Shown here piece by piece: positions 51,596 through 63,627 of a stretch of DNA of 64,000 nt. The DNA comes from an uncultured Methylomirabilota bacterium. Its GTDB lineage: Bacteria > Methylomirabilota > Methylomirabilia > Methylomirabilales > 2-02-FULL-66-22. The stretch covers positions 1 to 64,000 of the forward strand of contig CAWJSJ010000002.1 of assembly GCA_963845565.1 (NCBI GenBank). The letters run 5' to 3'. Under the pieces are notes generated by a model. It was not told where the DNA came from. It saw nothing but the letters and a program-made list of their open reading frames with translations, and searched no databases. The first letter of the stretch is position 1; every line of letters starts with the position of its first letter. The translations under genes were made by a program, and so were the position numbers.

Positions 51596-52866
51596 CAGGC
51601 GAACACCTCGATGGCTTTATGGATCGCCTTGGCCAGGGCGTCCAGGTCGGCCCGCGTGTTGTAGAAGGCCAGGGACGCTCGGGCGGTCGCCGGCACCCCG
51701 AACCGCTTCATCACCGGCATGGCGCAGTGGTGCCCGGCCCGGACCGCCACCCCTTCCAGGTCCAGGATCGTCCCGATGTCGTGGGCGTGGATCCCGTCCA
51801 GGACGAAGGACAGCACCCCCGCCTTCTCCTTGGCCGTGCCGATCAGGCGCAAGCCGGGAATGGCCGTGAGGAGCTCGGTCCCGTAGGCCAGCAGCTCCGC
51901 CTCGTGCGCGGCGATCTGGTGCATCCCAACCTTCTCGACATACTCGATGGCGGCGGCCAGCCCGATGGTTCCGGCGATATTGGGCGTCCCTGCCTCGAAC
52001 TTGTGCGGCAGCGCGTTGTAGACCGTCTTCTCGAAGCTCACGGCACTGATCATGTCGCCGCCGCCTTGGTAGGGCGGCATGGCTTCCAGGAGGTCCGCCT
52101 TGCCGTACAGGACCCCGATGCCGGTCGGGCCGAAGAGCTTGTGCCCCGAGAACGCGTAGAAGTCGCAGTCCAGCGCGCGGACGTCCACCGGCATGTGGGG
52201 AATGGCCTGCGCCCCATCCAGTAGGACCGGGATCCCGCGGCTGTGCGCCAGGCCAATGATGTCCGACACCGGATTGACGGTCCCGAGGGCGTTGGAGACC
52301 TGCACCACCGCCACGAGCCTGGTCCGGTCGGAGAGCAGCCGCTCGTACTCGTCCAGCAGGAGCTCGCCGGCATCGTTGATGGGGATGACCTTCAGGTGCG
52401 CCCGCTTTTCCTCGCAGACCATCTGCCACGGGACGATGTTGGAGTGGTGCTCCATGGCCGAGACGATCACCTCGTCGCCGGGCCGGAGGTGTTTCCGTCC
52501 GTAGCTCTGCGCCACCAGGTTGATCCCCTCGGTGGTCCCGCGGGTGAAGATGATCTCCCGGTCGTGGGCCGCGTTCAGGAATTGCCGCACCCGGGTGCGA
52601 CCGCTCTCGTACGCCTGGGTCGCGACCTGACTGAGAAAATGGACGCCCCGATGCACGTTGGAGTTCTCTTCGGTGTAGTAGCGCATCAGCGCATCCAGGA
52701 CCGCCTGCGGTTTCTGCGTGGTGGCGGCGTTGTCGAGATATACCAGCGGCTTGCCGTGAACTTTCGTCCACAGAATGGGGAAGTCCTCGCGGATCTTGTC
52801 CGCACCGAACCCGACCAGACAGTCCTGACAGGGCGGCTCCCCACCGCGATGATGTGTGTGTTTCAT
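51595..52866 (-). CDS. sufS: Cysteine desulfurase
   Basis: [37 protein letters not shown]. Confidence 0.96.
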   Translation of the reverse strand: MKHTHHRGGEPPCQDCLVGFGADKIREDFPILWTKVHGKPLVYLDNAATTQKPQAVLDALMRYYTEENSNVHRGVHFLSQVATQAYESGRTRVRQFLNAAHDREIIFTRGTTEGINLVAQSYGRKHLRPGDEVIVSAMEHHSNIVPWQMVCEEKRAHLKVIPINDAGELLLDEYERLLSDRTRLVAVVQVSNALGTVNPVSDIIGLAHSRGIPVLLDGAQAIPHMPVDVRALDCDFYAFSGHKLFGPTGIGVLYGKADLLEAMPPYQGGGDMISAVSFEKTVYNALPHKFEAGTPNIAGTIGLAAAIEYVEKVGMHQIAAHEAELLAYGTELLTAIPGLRLIGTAKEKAGVLSFVLDGIHAHDIGTILDLEGVAVRAGHHCAMPVMKRFGVPATARASLAFYNTRADLDALAKAIHKAIEVFA

Positions 52867-54221
52867 CGGATGCTCTCCACCAGAGCCTCCTGGGGCACCC
52901 ACTGTGCGACCAGCCGCTCCAGGTGGCGGCGGATCGGCTCGACCTTCACGCGCTGGAGCATGTCCCCCGCAAAGGCATGCAGCAAGAGCGCCCGGGCCGA
53001 GGCCTCGGGGATACCACGGGAGCGCAGATAGAAGACGGCCTCGTCGTCGATCTGCCCCACGGTGGCGCCGTGGGTGCATTTCACGTCGTCCGCATAGATC
53101 TCGAGCTGCGGCTTGGTGTCGATCTGGGCGTCCTCCGAGAGGAGCAGGTTCATGTTGGTCTGCTTGGCGTCGGTCTTCTGGGCGTCCTTGTGCACGATGA
53201 TCCGGCCGTGAAACACCCCGTGCGCCTGACCGTCCAGGATGCCCTTGTAGACCTGCCGGCTCGCGCAATGCGGGCTGGCGTGCTCGACCTTCATGTAGTT
53301 GTCCATGTGCTGCCGGCCGTTGGCCATGAACAATCCGTTGATCTGGCACTCACCCCCCTCGCCCGCCAGGACGGGGTGAATGTTACGACGCGTGAGGGCC
53401 CCCCCCAGGAGGAACGTGTGCGAGGTGACGCTGCTGCCCCGGCCCTGCCGGCTGCGCAGGGTCGAGATGTGAAACGCCTGCCGGTTCTCGCGCTGGATCA
53501 GATGATGCGCGACGACGCTTCCGTCGCCCGCCACGACCTCGGTGACCGCGTTGGAGAGATGGACGCCTTCGCCCAGTGAGACATAGTCCTCCACCACCGA
53601 CACCTGGCTCTCCTCCCCGGTCACCACCAGCGTCCGCGGGTGGGTGGCGATCGGCGCAGCGCCCGCCGTCGTCACATAGAGCAGGTGGATCGGCTTCTCG
53701 ACCAGCGCGCCGCGCGGGACCGAGACAAAGGCCCCATCCGTGAGGAAGGCGGTGTTGAGGGCCGAAAAGGCCTCGTGCTGGAAGTCCTCGTGACGGGCGA
53801 GATGCGGCTCCAGCACGCCGCGATCCCCGGCCAGGATCTGGGCAAGGCTCCCGGCCCGGACGCCGGCCGGCAAGGGGGACAGCCTGGACAAGCCCAGCGC
53901 AAATCGGCCGTTCACGAAGACCAGCCGCGAACAATTGCCGTCCGCGAACGTGAACGGGTCGAGCGACCGCGCATCCACCCCCGGCGCGACACTCTCGGCC
54001 GGTCGGAAGGCGATCTGCACGAGGGGGGCGAGGTTCGTGAATCGCCAGTCTTCATCGTGCGTCGTCGGGAACCCGAGCTCCTCGAGCCGCCCGATCGCCG
54101 CGCGGCGGACCGGGTGTAGCCACGCCTGGCCGCCCTTGGCCCAGAGCGGCTCGACGGTCCTGAAACTCTGCAAGAAACCATCCAGGGCCTGTGTCACGTT
54201 CATGGTAGCTTTCCCAGCCAT
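52863..54221 (-). CDS. sufD: Fe-S cluster assembly protein SufD
   Basis: [41 protein letters not shown]. Confidence 0.95.
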   Translation of the reverse strand: MAGKATMNVTQALDGFLQSFRTVEPLWAKGGQAWLHPVRRAAIGRLEELGFPTTHDEDWRFTNLAPLVQIAFRPAESVAPGVDARSLDPFTFADGNCSRLVFVNGRFALGLSRLSPLPAGVRAGSLAQILAGDRGVLEPHLARHEDFQHEAFSALNTAFLTDGAFVSVPRGALVEKPIHLLYVTTAGAAPIATHPRTLVVTGEESQVSVVEDYVSLGEGVHLSNAVTEVVAGDGSVVAHHLIQRENRQAFHISTLRSRQGRGSSVTSHTFLLGGALTRRNIHPVLAGEGGECQINGLFMANGRQHMDNYMKVEHASPHCASRQVYKGILDGQAHGVFHGRIIVHKDAQKTDAKQTNMNLLLSEDAQIDTKPQLEIYADDVKCTHGATVGQIDDEAVFYLRSRGIPEASARALLLHAFAGDMLQRVKVEPIRRHLERLVAQWVPQEALVESIR

Positions 54222-54241
54222 GGTATATGCCCTTTCCCCGC

Positions 54242-55006
54242 CTAGGCCCGGGCCAGTTGGGCGGCCTCGGCCTCGATCCCGACGTACCCCTGCGCCTCCA
54301 GTTCCAGCGCGAGCTCTTTCCCACCGGACTTGACGATCCGTCCGTCTACCAGGACGTGCACGAAGTCCGGAACGATGTAGTTCAGGAGGCGCTGGTAGTG
54401 GGTCACGACCAGCATGGCGCGCGCGGGGCTGCGCAGCGCGTTGACCCCGTTGGCGACGATCTTCAAGGCGTCGATGTCCAGACCGGAATCGGTCTCGTCC
54501 AGGATCGCAAGCTTCGGCTGCATGACCGCCATGTGGAAGATCTCGTTCCGCTTCTTTTCGCCGCCGGAGAATCCTTCGTTCACCGAGCGACTCAGCAAAC
54601 CCTCGTCGATGTCCAGCAGTTTCATCTTGGCCTTGACCAGCGCCAGGAAATCCATCGCGTCCAGTTCCTCCTGGCCGTGGTGTTTCCGGACGGCGTTGAC
54701 CGCCGCCTTCAGGAAATACGTATTGTTGACGCCGGGGATCTCCACCGGATACTGAAAGGCCAGGAAGACCCCCTCGCAGGCCCGTTCCTCCGGCGACATC
54801 TCCACCAGGTTCCTCCCCAGATACAGGATCTCGCCCTGGGTGACCTGGTAGGTTTCCCGGCCGGCCAGGACCTGGGCCAGCGTGCTCTTGCCGGAGCCGT
54901 TGGGGCCCATGATGGAATGGACCTCGCCGGCGCGCACCGTCAGATTCAAGCCCTTCAGGATCTCGCGACCGTTGACCGTGGCGTGCAGATTTTTGATCTC
55001 AAGCAT
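54242..55006 (-). CDS. sufC: Fe-S cluster assembly ATPase SufC
   Basis: MGPNGSGKST, FQYPVEIPGV, GFSGGEKKRNE, DETDSGLDIDAL, THYQRLL. Confidence 0.97.
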   Translation of the reverse strand: MLEIKNLHATVNGREILKGLNLTVRAGEVHSIMGPNGSGKSTLAQVLAGRETYQVTQGEILYLGRNLVEMSPEERACEGVFLAFQYPVEIPGVNNTYFLKAAVNAVRKHHGQEELDAMDFLALVKAKMKLLDIDEGLLSRSVNEGFSGGEKKRNEIFHMAVMQPKLAILDETDSGLDIDALKIVANGVNALRSPARAMLVVTHYQRLLNYIVPDFVHVLVDGRIVKSGGKELALELEAQGYVGIEAEAAQLARA

Positions 55007-55081
55007 TGTTGTCCTCTACCGGGAAGATTCCCATGCCAGGCCTTGGCGACCTTGGCGCCTTGGCGGTTCAAGAAACCGATT

Positions 55082-56539
55082 CTACCCTACGCTGCCCTCG
55101 AGGCTCACGCTCAGGAGCTTTTGCGCCTCGACGGCGAATTCCATCGGCAACTCCTTGAAGACCTGCTTGCAGAACCCGCTCACGATGAGCGAGACGGCGT
55201 CCTCTTTGGAGATGCCGCGCTGGTTGCAGTAGAAGATCTGGTCCTCCCCGATCTTGGACGTGGACGCCTCGTGTTCCATCCGGGCCGTGGCGTTCTTCAC
55301 CTCGATATACGGGAAGGTGTGCGCCCCGCACTGGTCGCCGATCAGCAGCGAGTCGCACTGCGTGTAGTTCCGTGCCCCCCTGGCCCCCTTCTGGATCTTG
55401 ACCATGCCGCGGTAGGTGTTCTGGCCGTGGCCGGCGGAGATCCCTTTGGAGACGATGGTGCTCTTGGTGTTCTTGCCGATGTGGATCATCTTGGATCCGG
55501 TGTCCGCTTGCTGGCGATTGTTCGTGAGGGCCACCGAGTAGAACTCACCCACGGATCCGTCGCCTTGCAGGATGCAGCTCGGGTACTTCCAGGTGATGGC
55601 GGAACCGGTCTCCACCTGCGTCCAGGAGATGTGAGAGTTCCGCCCCTGACACTTGCCGCGCTTGGTGACGAAGTTATAGATGCCCCCTTTGCCGTTCTTG
55701 TCCCCGGGGTACCAGTTCTGGATCGTGGAGTATTTGATCTGCGCGTCATCGAGCGCCACCAGTTCCACCACGGCGGCGTGCAGTTGATTCGTGTCCCGGA
55801 TCGGCGCCGTGCACCCCTCCAGGTAGCTCACGTAGGCCCCCTCCTCCGCCACGATCAGGGTGCGCTCGAACTGGCCGGTGTCCGCCGCGTTGATCCGGAA
55901 GTAGGTGCTGAGCTCCATCGGGCAGCGAACGCCCTTGGGAATGTAGCAGAACGACCCGTCGCTGAAGACGGCGGCGTTCAGGGCGGCGAAGAAGTTGTCG
56001 GTGTACGGGACGACCGAGCCCAGGTATTTCTGGATCAGCGCCGGGTGGTTCTGGACCGCCTCGGAGAACGAGCAGAAGACGATGCCCAGCTCGGCCAGCT
56101 TCTCCTTGAAGGTGGTGGCCACCGAGACGCTGTCGAACACGGCGTCCACCGCCACGCCGGTCAAGCGCTTCTGTTCCTCCAGTGGAATACCGAGCTTCTC
56201 GAACGTCCGGCGGACTTCCGGGTCCACCTCGTCCAGGCTCGTGAGCGTCTTCTTCGGCTTGGGCGCCGAGTAATAGACGATGTCCTGATAGTCGATGGGT
56301 GGATAGCTGATATTGGCCCACCTGGGTTCCGCATCCGACTTCTGCAGCGTGACCCAGTGCCGGTAGGCCTTGAGCCGCCAGGCGAGCATGAACTCGGGCT
56401 CGTTCTTCTTGGCCGAGATCAGACGGACGGTGTCCTCGCTCAACCCGCGAGGAGCGGCATCCGCCTCGACATCGGTCACGAACCCGTATTTGTATTCCTG
56501 GTTGGCGAGGGCCTCGATCATGTTGGCGGAGGTGGTCAT
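55082..56539 (-). CDS. sufB: Fe-S cluster assembly protein SufB
   Basis: [46 protein letters not shown]. Confidence 0.97.
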   Translation of the reverse strand: MTTSANMIEALANQEYKYGFVTDVEADAAPRGLSEDTVRLISAKKNEPEFMLAWRLKAYRHWVTLQKSDAEPRWANISYPPIDYQDIVYYSAPKPKKTLTSLDEVDPEVRRTFEKLGIPLEEQKRLTGVAVDAVFDSVSVATTFKEKLAELGIVFCSFSEAVQNHPALIQKYLGSVVPYTDNFFAALNAAVFSDGSFCYIPKGVRCPMELSTYFRINAADTGQFERTLIVAEEGAYVSYLEGCTAPIRDTNQLHAAVVELVALDDAQIKYSTIQNWYPGDKNGKGGIYNFVTKRGKCQGRNSHISWTQVETGSAITWKYPSCILQGDGSVGEFYSVALTNNRQQADTGSKMIHIGKNTKSTIVSKGISAGHGQNTYRGMVKIQKGARGARNYTQCDSLLIGDQCGAHTFPYIEVKNATARMEHEASTSKIGEDQIFYCNQRGISKEDAVSLIVSGFCKQVFKELPMEFAVEAQKLLSVSLEGSVG

Positions 56540-56605
56540 GTCGTCTCCCTGTGTGTCATGTCGATTCGGATTCACTATGCCGCACGGACGCCGGCGGCGA
56601 AACGA

Positions 56606-56989
56606 TCAACGGGCCCCGGCACCGAGGGCCAGATGGCGCCTTCCGGCTGATTCAGCGACGACCGCCTGCAATTCCCCGTCGGAGTCGGGACCAAGGACGA
56701 CGTGCGGAATGCCTTGCTGCACGACCGGCCGCGCCTCCACGCTGGGAGACGCGGACACCGCAACGATCGGCAGGCCTGGGGAAAGCTCTTGGACGGCGGA
56801 AGCCAGGAGGGGTCCGCCCAGTCCGTGGGTCCCGAGGTCCAGCACGACGACGTCTGCAGCCAGCGCCTTGACGGCCGCTAAGAGCTCCATGCCCGAGTCG
56901 CACGCCGTGAGCCGGCGCCCGTCGCTCTCAAGGGCGGCACAAACGACCTGCCTGACCGCTGTATTGTCTGTGCAAAGAATGACGTGCAT
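56606..56989 (-). CDS. Atypical single-domain response-regulator receiver protein
   Basis: REC-like pattern (VILCTD, DVVVLD, PIVAVSA); RBS GAGGAG; lacks the conserved Lys. Confidence 0.7.
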   Translation of the reverse strand: MHVILCTDNTAVRQVVCAALESDGRRLTACDSGMELLAAVKALAADVVVLDLGTHGLGGPLLASAVQELSPGLPIVAVSASPSVEARPVVQQGIPHVVLGPDSDGELQAVVAESAGRRHLALGAGAR

Positions 56990-57021
56990 GACACTCCTCG
57001 AGCTCTACGGTGGTTAGTAAC

Positions 57022-57037
57022 AGCAATGAATGTACCA
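57022..57037 (-). promoter_or_regulatory. Sigma54 (-24/-12) promoter for the REC-suf operon
   Basis: Minus strand TGGTACATTCATTGCT has GG-N10-GC spacing and one mismatch to TGGCAC-N5-TTGCW; about 33 bp upstream of ATG 56989. Confidence 0.75.
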
Positions 57038-57135
57038 AAACATCCTGATCTCATCCTCATTCATAACATATTGGATCTAATTGAAAAAAGTCTGACAATA
57101 GACAGAACCGTGGACCATGTGGTAAGCGCTAGGCG

Positions 57136-57169
57136 TGGGAGATTCTCCCAGGGGTGGGAGGATCTCCCA
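57136..57169. promoter_or_regulatory. Twin palindromic upstream activator (enhancer-like) sites
   Basis: TGGGAGATTCTCCCA (57136-57150) and TGGGAGGATCTCCCA (57155-57169), 19 bp apart, about -125 to -158 from the predicted start site. Confidence 0.7.
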
Positions 57170-57546
57170 GGGACTACGAAGGAGGGACACGCCGAGATCG
57201 GGCGGCCTGTTCGGTTGACACGCGGCTGGAACGCCATGAGAATCCGGCCGCACCGCGGGATCCGATACGTCCTCCTTCTGTCGCGAAGGCGCAGCGAGGC
57301 ACCATCGAAGAACGGTCCGCACTCTGGGGAGGAGACTACACGTACAGATTCGATCCGGCGAGATTCAGGGATATGCTCGAGCAGGTTACGATGGACGCCG
57401 GGTATTCGTTCGAAGTGACGCTGGTCGAGAAGTCGGTCTAGCGGCTCAAACGGCAGAACCAGAGCCTCGTGCGCAGGCGGTGGCGCGGCCTTCCCCTCAT
57501 CTTCCCCACCGGTGGAAGGAGGCCGCGGCGAGGGTGGTCGACCATA

Positions 57547-57573
57547 AGAGGGGGCGAACGGTCCGCCCCCTCT
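57547..57573 (-). terminator. Possible terminator hairpin after the secreted CBM-like protein
   Basis: AGAGGGGGCG-N7-CGCCCCCTCT 10-bp stem; weak U-tract. Confidence 0.45.
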
Positions 57574-57609
57574 CGGTATCGGATCAACGCCCTGAGGGTT
57601 ATCTCTGGT

Positions 57610-58578
57610 TTATTGCGGAATCTGGCCGGGTGCAGTCAGTGCGAACTCGTCCAGGACGAACGCCGCCGACGTCGTCTGGGCCTTCGTGAAGGCGATAGTA
57701 TTCTGTCCCGCACGCAGATCGACGCTCCCGATCTTGATGTTCACCCACCCCCCGGTGTCACGGCTCGGGTTGCTCCATGCCAGGGCCTTGGCGCCGTTGA
57801 CATACACCTCCACCGATCGAGCGCCCGCTGCGTGCTTTCCGTCATCGTCGAAGCGAATCCAGAGATCGTACCGACCCGCGGGAGCGCTGACCGTGTAGGT
57901 CGCCGTGGCGCGGCCATCGCCGAGATACACGAAGCCGCCTCGGCCTCCGGGGCGGGGCGAGGACGGCTTGGAGAACGTGTATTGTCCGGCTCCGGAAATC
58001 GTACCGCTCTCGGCCGGGACCACGATGCGTCCGCCGCCAGGCGTCGTCCCACCTGTCGTTCCGCCTGTGGTACCGCCGGTCGTTCCGCCCGTGGTACCGC
58101 CGCTGGTCGTGCCACCCGTGGCGCCGCCGGTCGTGCCTGTAGGCGGCTTCCCGGGCCCGGTTCCGCCGGTCTGAGGCGCGCAGCCGCTCACTTTGCCGTC
58201 CTGGGTGATCTGGATGACGTTTCCGGCTTTGCACGACTGCTGCGCCCCGGCAGTGTTGATGACACGGGCGGCGTCCAAGGCCAGCGTGCAGTACTTCACC
58301 TTGCTGGTCCCCGCATAGAACTCCACCATATTACCACCCTTGCAGGTGATGCCGAGACCGCCGACGCTGAATGGCGTGTCGGAGGCCAGAACGCACCCGG
58401 TGATGGTGGTGGGATACTTGCCCCAGGGTTTGTTGGTCGCCAGCACCCCGCCGCTGCACCGCACGGTGAAGTTGCTGCCATCGATCGGGAACTCGGTTTG
58501 TGCGCCGGCCACCGACGACAGGAGCGCTACGACCCCCACGATTGTCACCGCAAGAACCCCAAAAGACGATCGGCTCAT
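57610..58578 (-). CDS. Secreted protein: Cys-rich N-domain, (GGTT)n linker, C-terminal CBM6/35-like domain
   Basis: Signal peptide (…SSVAGA-Q); GGTT repeats; PAESG, TYTVSAPAGRYDLWIRF, VYVNG, VDLRAGQNTIAF, LDEFAL. Confidence 0.75.
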   Translation of the reverse strand: MSRSSFGVLAVTIVGVVALLSSVAGAQTEFPIDGSNFTVRCSGGVLATNKPWGKYPTTITGCVLASDTPFSVGGLGITCKGGNMVEFYAGTSKVKYCTLALDAARVINTAGAQQSCKAGNVIQITQDGKVSGCAPQTGGTGPGKPPTGTTGGATGGTTSGGTTGGTTGGTTGGTTGGTTPGGGRIVVPAESGTISGAGQYTFSKPSSPRPGGRGGFVYLGDGRATATYTVSAPAGRYDLWIRFDDDGKHAAGARSVEVYVNGAKALAWSNPSRDTGGWVNIKIGSVDLRAGQNTIAFTKAQTTSAAFVLDEFALTAPGQIPQ

Positions 58579-59038
58579 CGGGTCACTCCTCGATGTCCCT
58601 TCGCCGCTCGGCATGCGTGACCGAGAAGCGTCAGGACCGTGTTGTGGTTGGGCGCGGCCACCGAGTGCGAAGACATCGCCGGTGGTGCCGCAGCGGAGAA
58701 AGATCCTCGCGAAAACGCCCTACGGAGGAACGCTACTGAACGGAGGGATGGGGTCAAGGTGAAACGAGACGGCAGGCGCAGTTGTCCGCAGCGAAGGACA
58801 ATCACGATCGCCGGAGGCAATGGCTCGCCTGCCTCGATCCGCGGCCTGAGCAAGACACGCCGTGCCCCGCGTGGCAAGCCGGCGCGCCGCGCGTTGAGGC
58901 CGACGGCGCGACCTGGAACCCCGGACGGACAGGGCCGAGGAACCCACACCGCCGCTGTGTTTCCGAGACGCCGCCCAGGCGATCCGGTGCCGGGAGGCGG
59001 AGCCTCGGACGTCTCGGACCCTGCGGCTAACGATGGTC

Positions 59039-60415
<1,377 letters not shown>

Positions 60416-60537
60416 GGTGGTTCCTTGGTGACGCTGCGGTCCGAAGGGTTGACGGAGACGGCGATTTGGCAGGCGATCAGGCAATCACGAGGGCTCGCTT
60501 CCCAAATCGCGAAGTTGCCCAATGACCCAGTTGCCTG

Positions 60538-62384
60538 TCATGCCGCCAGCGGCAGCCGGATGCTCACCGTCGTCCCCTGTCCGGGGCCTCGGCTGACAAC
60601 CTCGATTCGGCCGCCGTGCTGCTCCACGATGCTCTGGCAAATGGCCAGCCCCAGGCCCGTTCCCTTCCCGACCTCTTTGGTGGTGAAGAAGGGGTCAAAG
60701 ATCTTGGAGAGATGCGCGGCGGCGATGCCGGCGCCGGTGTCCGCCACGACGATCTCGACCCAGTCGAGGGCGGAGATCGGGGGATTGGTGATTGGGGGAT
60801 CAGGGAAATCGCCTCGATGCCGGTGCCTGGTTCCCGGTTGACTCTCGCCTGATCGCCGGGTTGTCCCCCCGTCGGGGCGCGCCGCGCGGTGACCGTGATT
60901 TCGCCGCCCCCCTCGACCGCATCGAGGGCGTTGGTGAGGAGGTTCAGCAAGACTTGGTGGAGCATCTGCGAGTCCCCGCGCACGATGGCGCCGTCGCCGA
61001 TGGGCTCCATCCGGATCTGCCGGTTGGCCAGGCGCGCTTGCCGCTCCACGAAGGCGACCGCCTCGCGCATGACCTGTCCCACGTCCACGGGGCCGAACGC
61101 GGGCTCTCGCTGCCGGGCGAAATCCAAGAGGCGCCGGACGATCGCCGCCGCGCGGCCGACTTCGCTCTGGATCATTCCGAGATACTCGCGACAGTCGCCG
61201 AACCGCCGATCGTCTCCGCACGCCCCCTCGCTGACATGGCGCTGCAGCGCTTCCGCGAAGCCCGCCACCGCGGACAGGGGATTGTTCAGCTCGTGGGCCA
61301 CGCCGGCGGCCAACCGGCCGAGCGAGGCCAGCTTCTCCTGCCGGACCAGCAGATCCTGCGACTGCTGCAATTCTTCGAAGGAGCGGGTCAGTTGTTCGTA
61401 CAGGCTGGCGTTCTCGATGGCCACGGCGGCCTGCCCGGCGAGGGTCACCGCGAGCTGCTCGTCCTCTTTGCTGAACTCCTCCGCCCCCTGCTTCTCGGTC
61501 AGATAGAGATGGCCGAACACCCGCCCTCGCGAGATGATGGGAACCCCTAGAAACGATCGCATCATCGGGTGGTGCCGCGGGAACCCGTGGGCCCGCGGAT
61601 CCGCCGTGAGGTCGCGCAGCCGGAGCGGTCGCCGCTCCCGGACGGCGACGCCGAGGATCCCCGCTCCCTGCGGCGGCGGCCCGATGGCCTCCCGCTGCGC
61701 CTCGGTGAGGCCCGTCGTCACGAACTGCTCCACCGCACCCGACGGATCTAGCGTGCCGAGCGCCCCGTACCGTGCCCCGAGGAGCCGGCAGGCGACCTCG
61801 ACGATCCGCTGCAGGACGGCGGCCAGCGAGCGCTCCGCGCTCAGGGCTTTGCCGGCCTCGACCAACGCCTCGAGCTGCGCGCGGCTGCGACCCACCGCCC
61901 GCTCGCGTTCCTGGAGAAATGCCATGGCCACGATCGTCAGTATCCGGTTCACGACGGGTTCGTACAGGTCCAGGCCTGCCGCCGCCTCGCCGCAATCCTG
62001 GAGATACCGGCGGCTCAGCGCGCGCCCGCACACGTCCCGCAGCACGAGGAGTCGCCCCATGACCTGCGTGGCCCCGATGCCCCGGAAGACGTCCCGTTCG
62101 GCCATGTCCTGGGCATACGCCTGGGCGCTGTGGTAGCGCCCCGTCTCGAGACACTCGACCAGGGCGTCGTAGACCTTGGCGGACTCGGATTCGGCCTCGG
62201 CCGGCGAGAGGAGCTTCCCGAAACCGCGCCGCGCCATCTCCGACACCCAGGCGCGTTGGATGGCTTCTCGCTCCGCCCGCAGGTGGCGCACGATCGTCGA
62301 AACCGCCTCCTCGTGCGAGGCCGCAGGCTGCCGCGCCGGCTCACCGGCGGGTAACTTGGCTCTGGGTTTCCGTGCTCCCGGCAT
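60538..62384 (-). CDS. Sensor histidine kinase: RsbRD-N-like + DosS-like GAF + HisKA + HATPase (frameshift near 60815)
   Basis: Helical N-domain; ARYGALG...GFPRHHPMMRSFLGVPI...FGHLYLTEK; GVAHELNNPL; NLLTNALDA; in the second frame DTGAG, FFTTK, GTGLGL. Confidence 0.9.
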
Positions 62385-62478
62385 CGATTCACCAACCGGA
62401 CGGCGATTGGGCGCGTTGGCGATTTGACAATCGGTTTTCGTGGATATCACGACCGACCGTGCCGGACAAGGGGATTCG

Positions 62479-63516
62479 TCACTCGGTGAGGAAGGGCAGG
62501 GCGGCCGTCTCGCCGGAAAACGCGTCGGGGCCCGCGCCGATGCAAAGTGGTGTGCCGGGCTCCCAACATTCCCGCCGGAGGTGGGCGAGGGCGATCACAC
62601 GGCCCAGGACGGGAGACCGCACGGCGCTGGTCACGCGCCCGACCGTACGATCCCCCAGGACGACCGGCATGCCCGGTGCCGGAACCGTTTCCCCCGTGAC
62701 CAACAGGCCGCACAACCGCTTGTTCAGGTGTCCCTGGTGCTCGGCGCGGATGACCACCTCTTGGCCGACGTAACAGCCCTTGGTGAAGCTCACGTGATCC
62801 GCCGTCAACGATTCCATCAGGAGGCTGTTGTCGTCGTAGTCCACGCCGAACCAGGGCCAGGCCGCTTCCACGCGCAACCACTCCAGTGCCGCGGTCCCGA
62901 CCGGCCGGAGCCCGGCGGCGGACCCGTCCCGGAGGATCTGTCCCCAGGCCGCCCCTGCCGCGTCTGCGGGAATCAACAGGTCGAAGCCGGGAAGCCGGAG
63001 CCACCGGCTGGCGCTGACCCGGACCGGGACCTCGCCGAGCCGAACTTCACGGTGGTGCCAGGGGGCAAGGTCACCGATCTCCTGCCCGAGCGCCGCGGTC
63101 AGCGCGCGCGTCGCCGCCGGGCCTGCGACCATGAGATGAGTGAAGCGGGCGCTCAGGTCGGCCACCTGGACGTCATCGGCGATGATGTGTCGATCGAAGG
63201 CATTCTGCACCGCCTCGAGGCGGTCCCGGTGGAGATCGATCCATACCGCGTCCGTCAGCCCGTACACGGCCAACTCGGCCAGGAGGCGCCCCTTGACGGT
63301 GAGCGCCGCCGCCAGGCACCCCGCACCGCTCGGCAAGGTCTTGACCTCGTTGGTGATCTGTCCGTTCAGCCAGCGAAGCCGCTCTCCGCCGGTGAGCTGC
63401 AGCAGGCCGCGAAACGAGAAATCCACCAGGCCGGCACCGCTCCGGACGGCGCGGTACTCTCCCAACGGGTCGCCAAAGTGCGTCGGCACCTCGACACCAG
63501 CCCGCTCGGCGAACAC
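62479..63516 (-). CDS. ygfZ: YgfZ/GcvT-family folate-binding protein (true start slightly upstream, unclear)
   Basis: WLNGQITN, LTVKGR, LRVEA, signature SFTKGCYVGQE, GRVTS. Confidence 0.85.
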   Translation of the reverse strand: MFAERAGVEVPTHFGDPLGEYRAVRSGAGLVDFSFRGLLQLTGGERLRWLNGQITNEVKTLPSGAGCLAAALTVKGRLLAELAVYGLTDAVWIDLHRDRLEAVQNAFDRHIIADDVQVADLSARFTHLMVAGPAATRALTAALGQEIGDLAPWHHREVRLGEVPVRVSASRWLRLPGFDLLIPADAAGAAWGQILRDGSAAGLRPVGTAALEWLRVEAAWPWFGVDYDDNSLLMESLTADHVSFTKGCYVGQEVVIRAEHQGHLNKRLCGLLVTGETVPAPGMPVVLGDRTVGRVTSAVRSPVLGRVIALAHLRRECWEPGTPLCIGAGPDAFSGETAALPFLTE

Positions 63517-63627
63517 CGCCCCCGCCTCTCGCTCCTCGTTCGCACATGCACTCGGGATGACCGAGGTTTCCCTCTGCGCTCGTCTCTCGGCTCTTGGCTC
63601 CTCGGCTCTCAGCAGTCGGCTCTTCCG

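Noticed and set aside
55020..55033. GGGAAGATTCCC as a third enhancer site
   Set aside because: Half-site spacing differs from the 57136/57155 motif and no sigma54 box is nearby.
57154..57441. Small plus-strand ORF
   Set aside because: Its 5' part overlaps the putative enhancer palindromes and it has no clear start or family; it may be a gene fragment.
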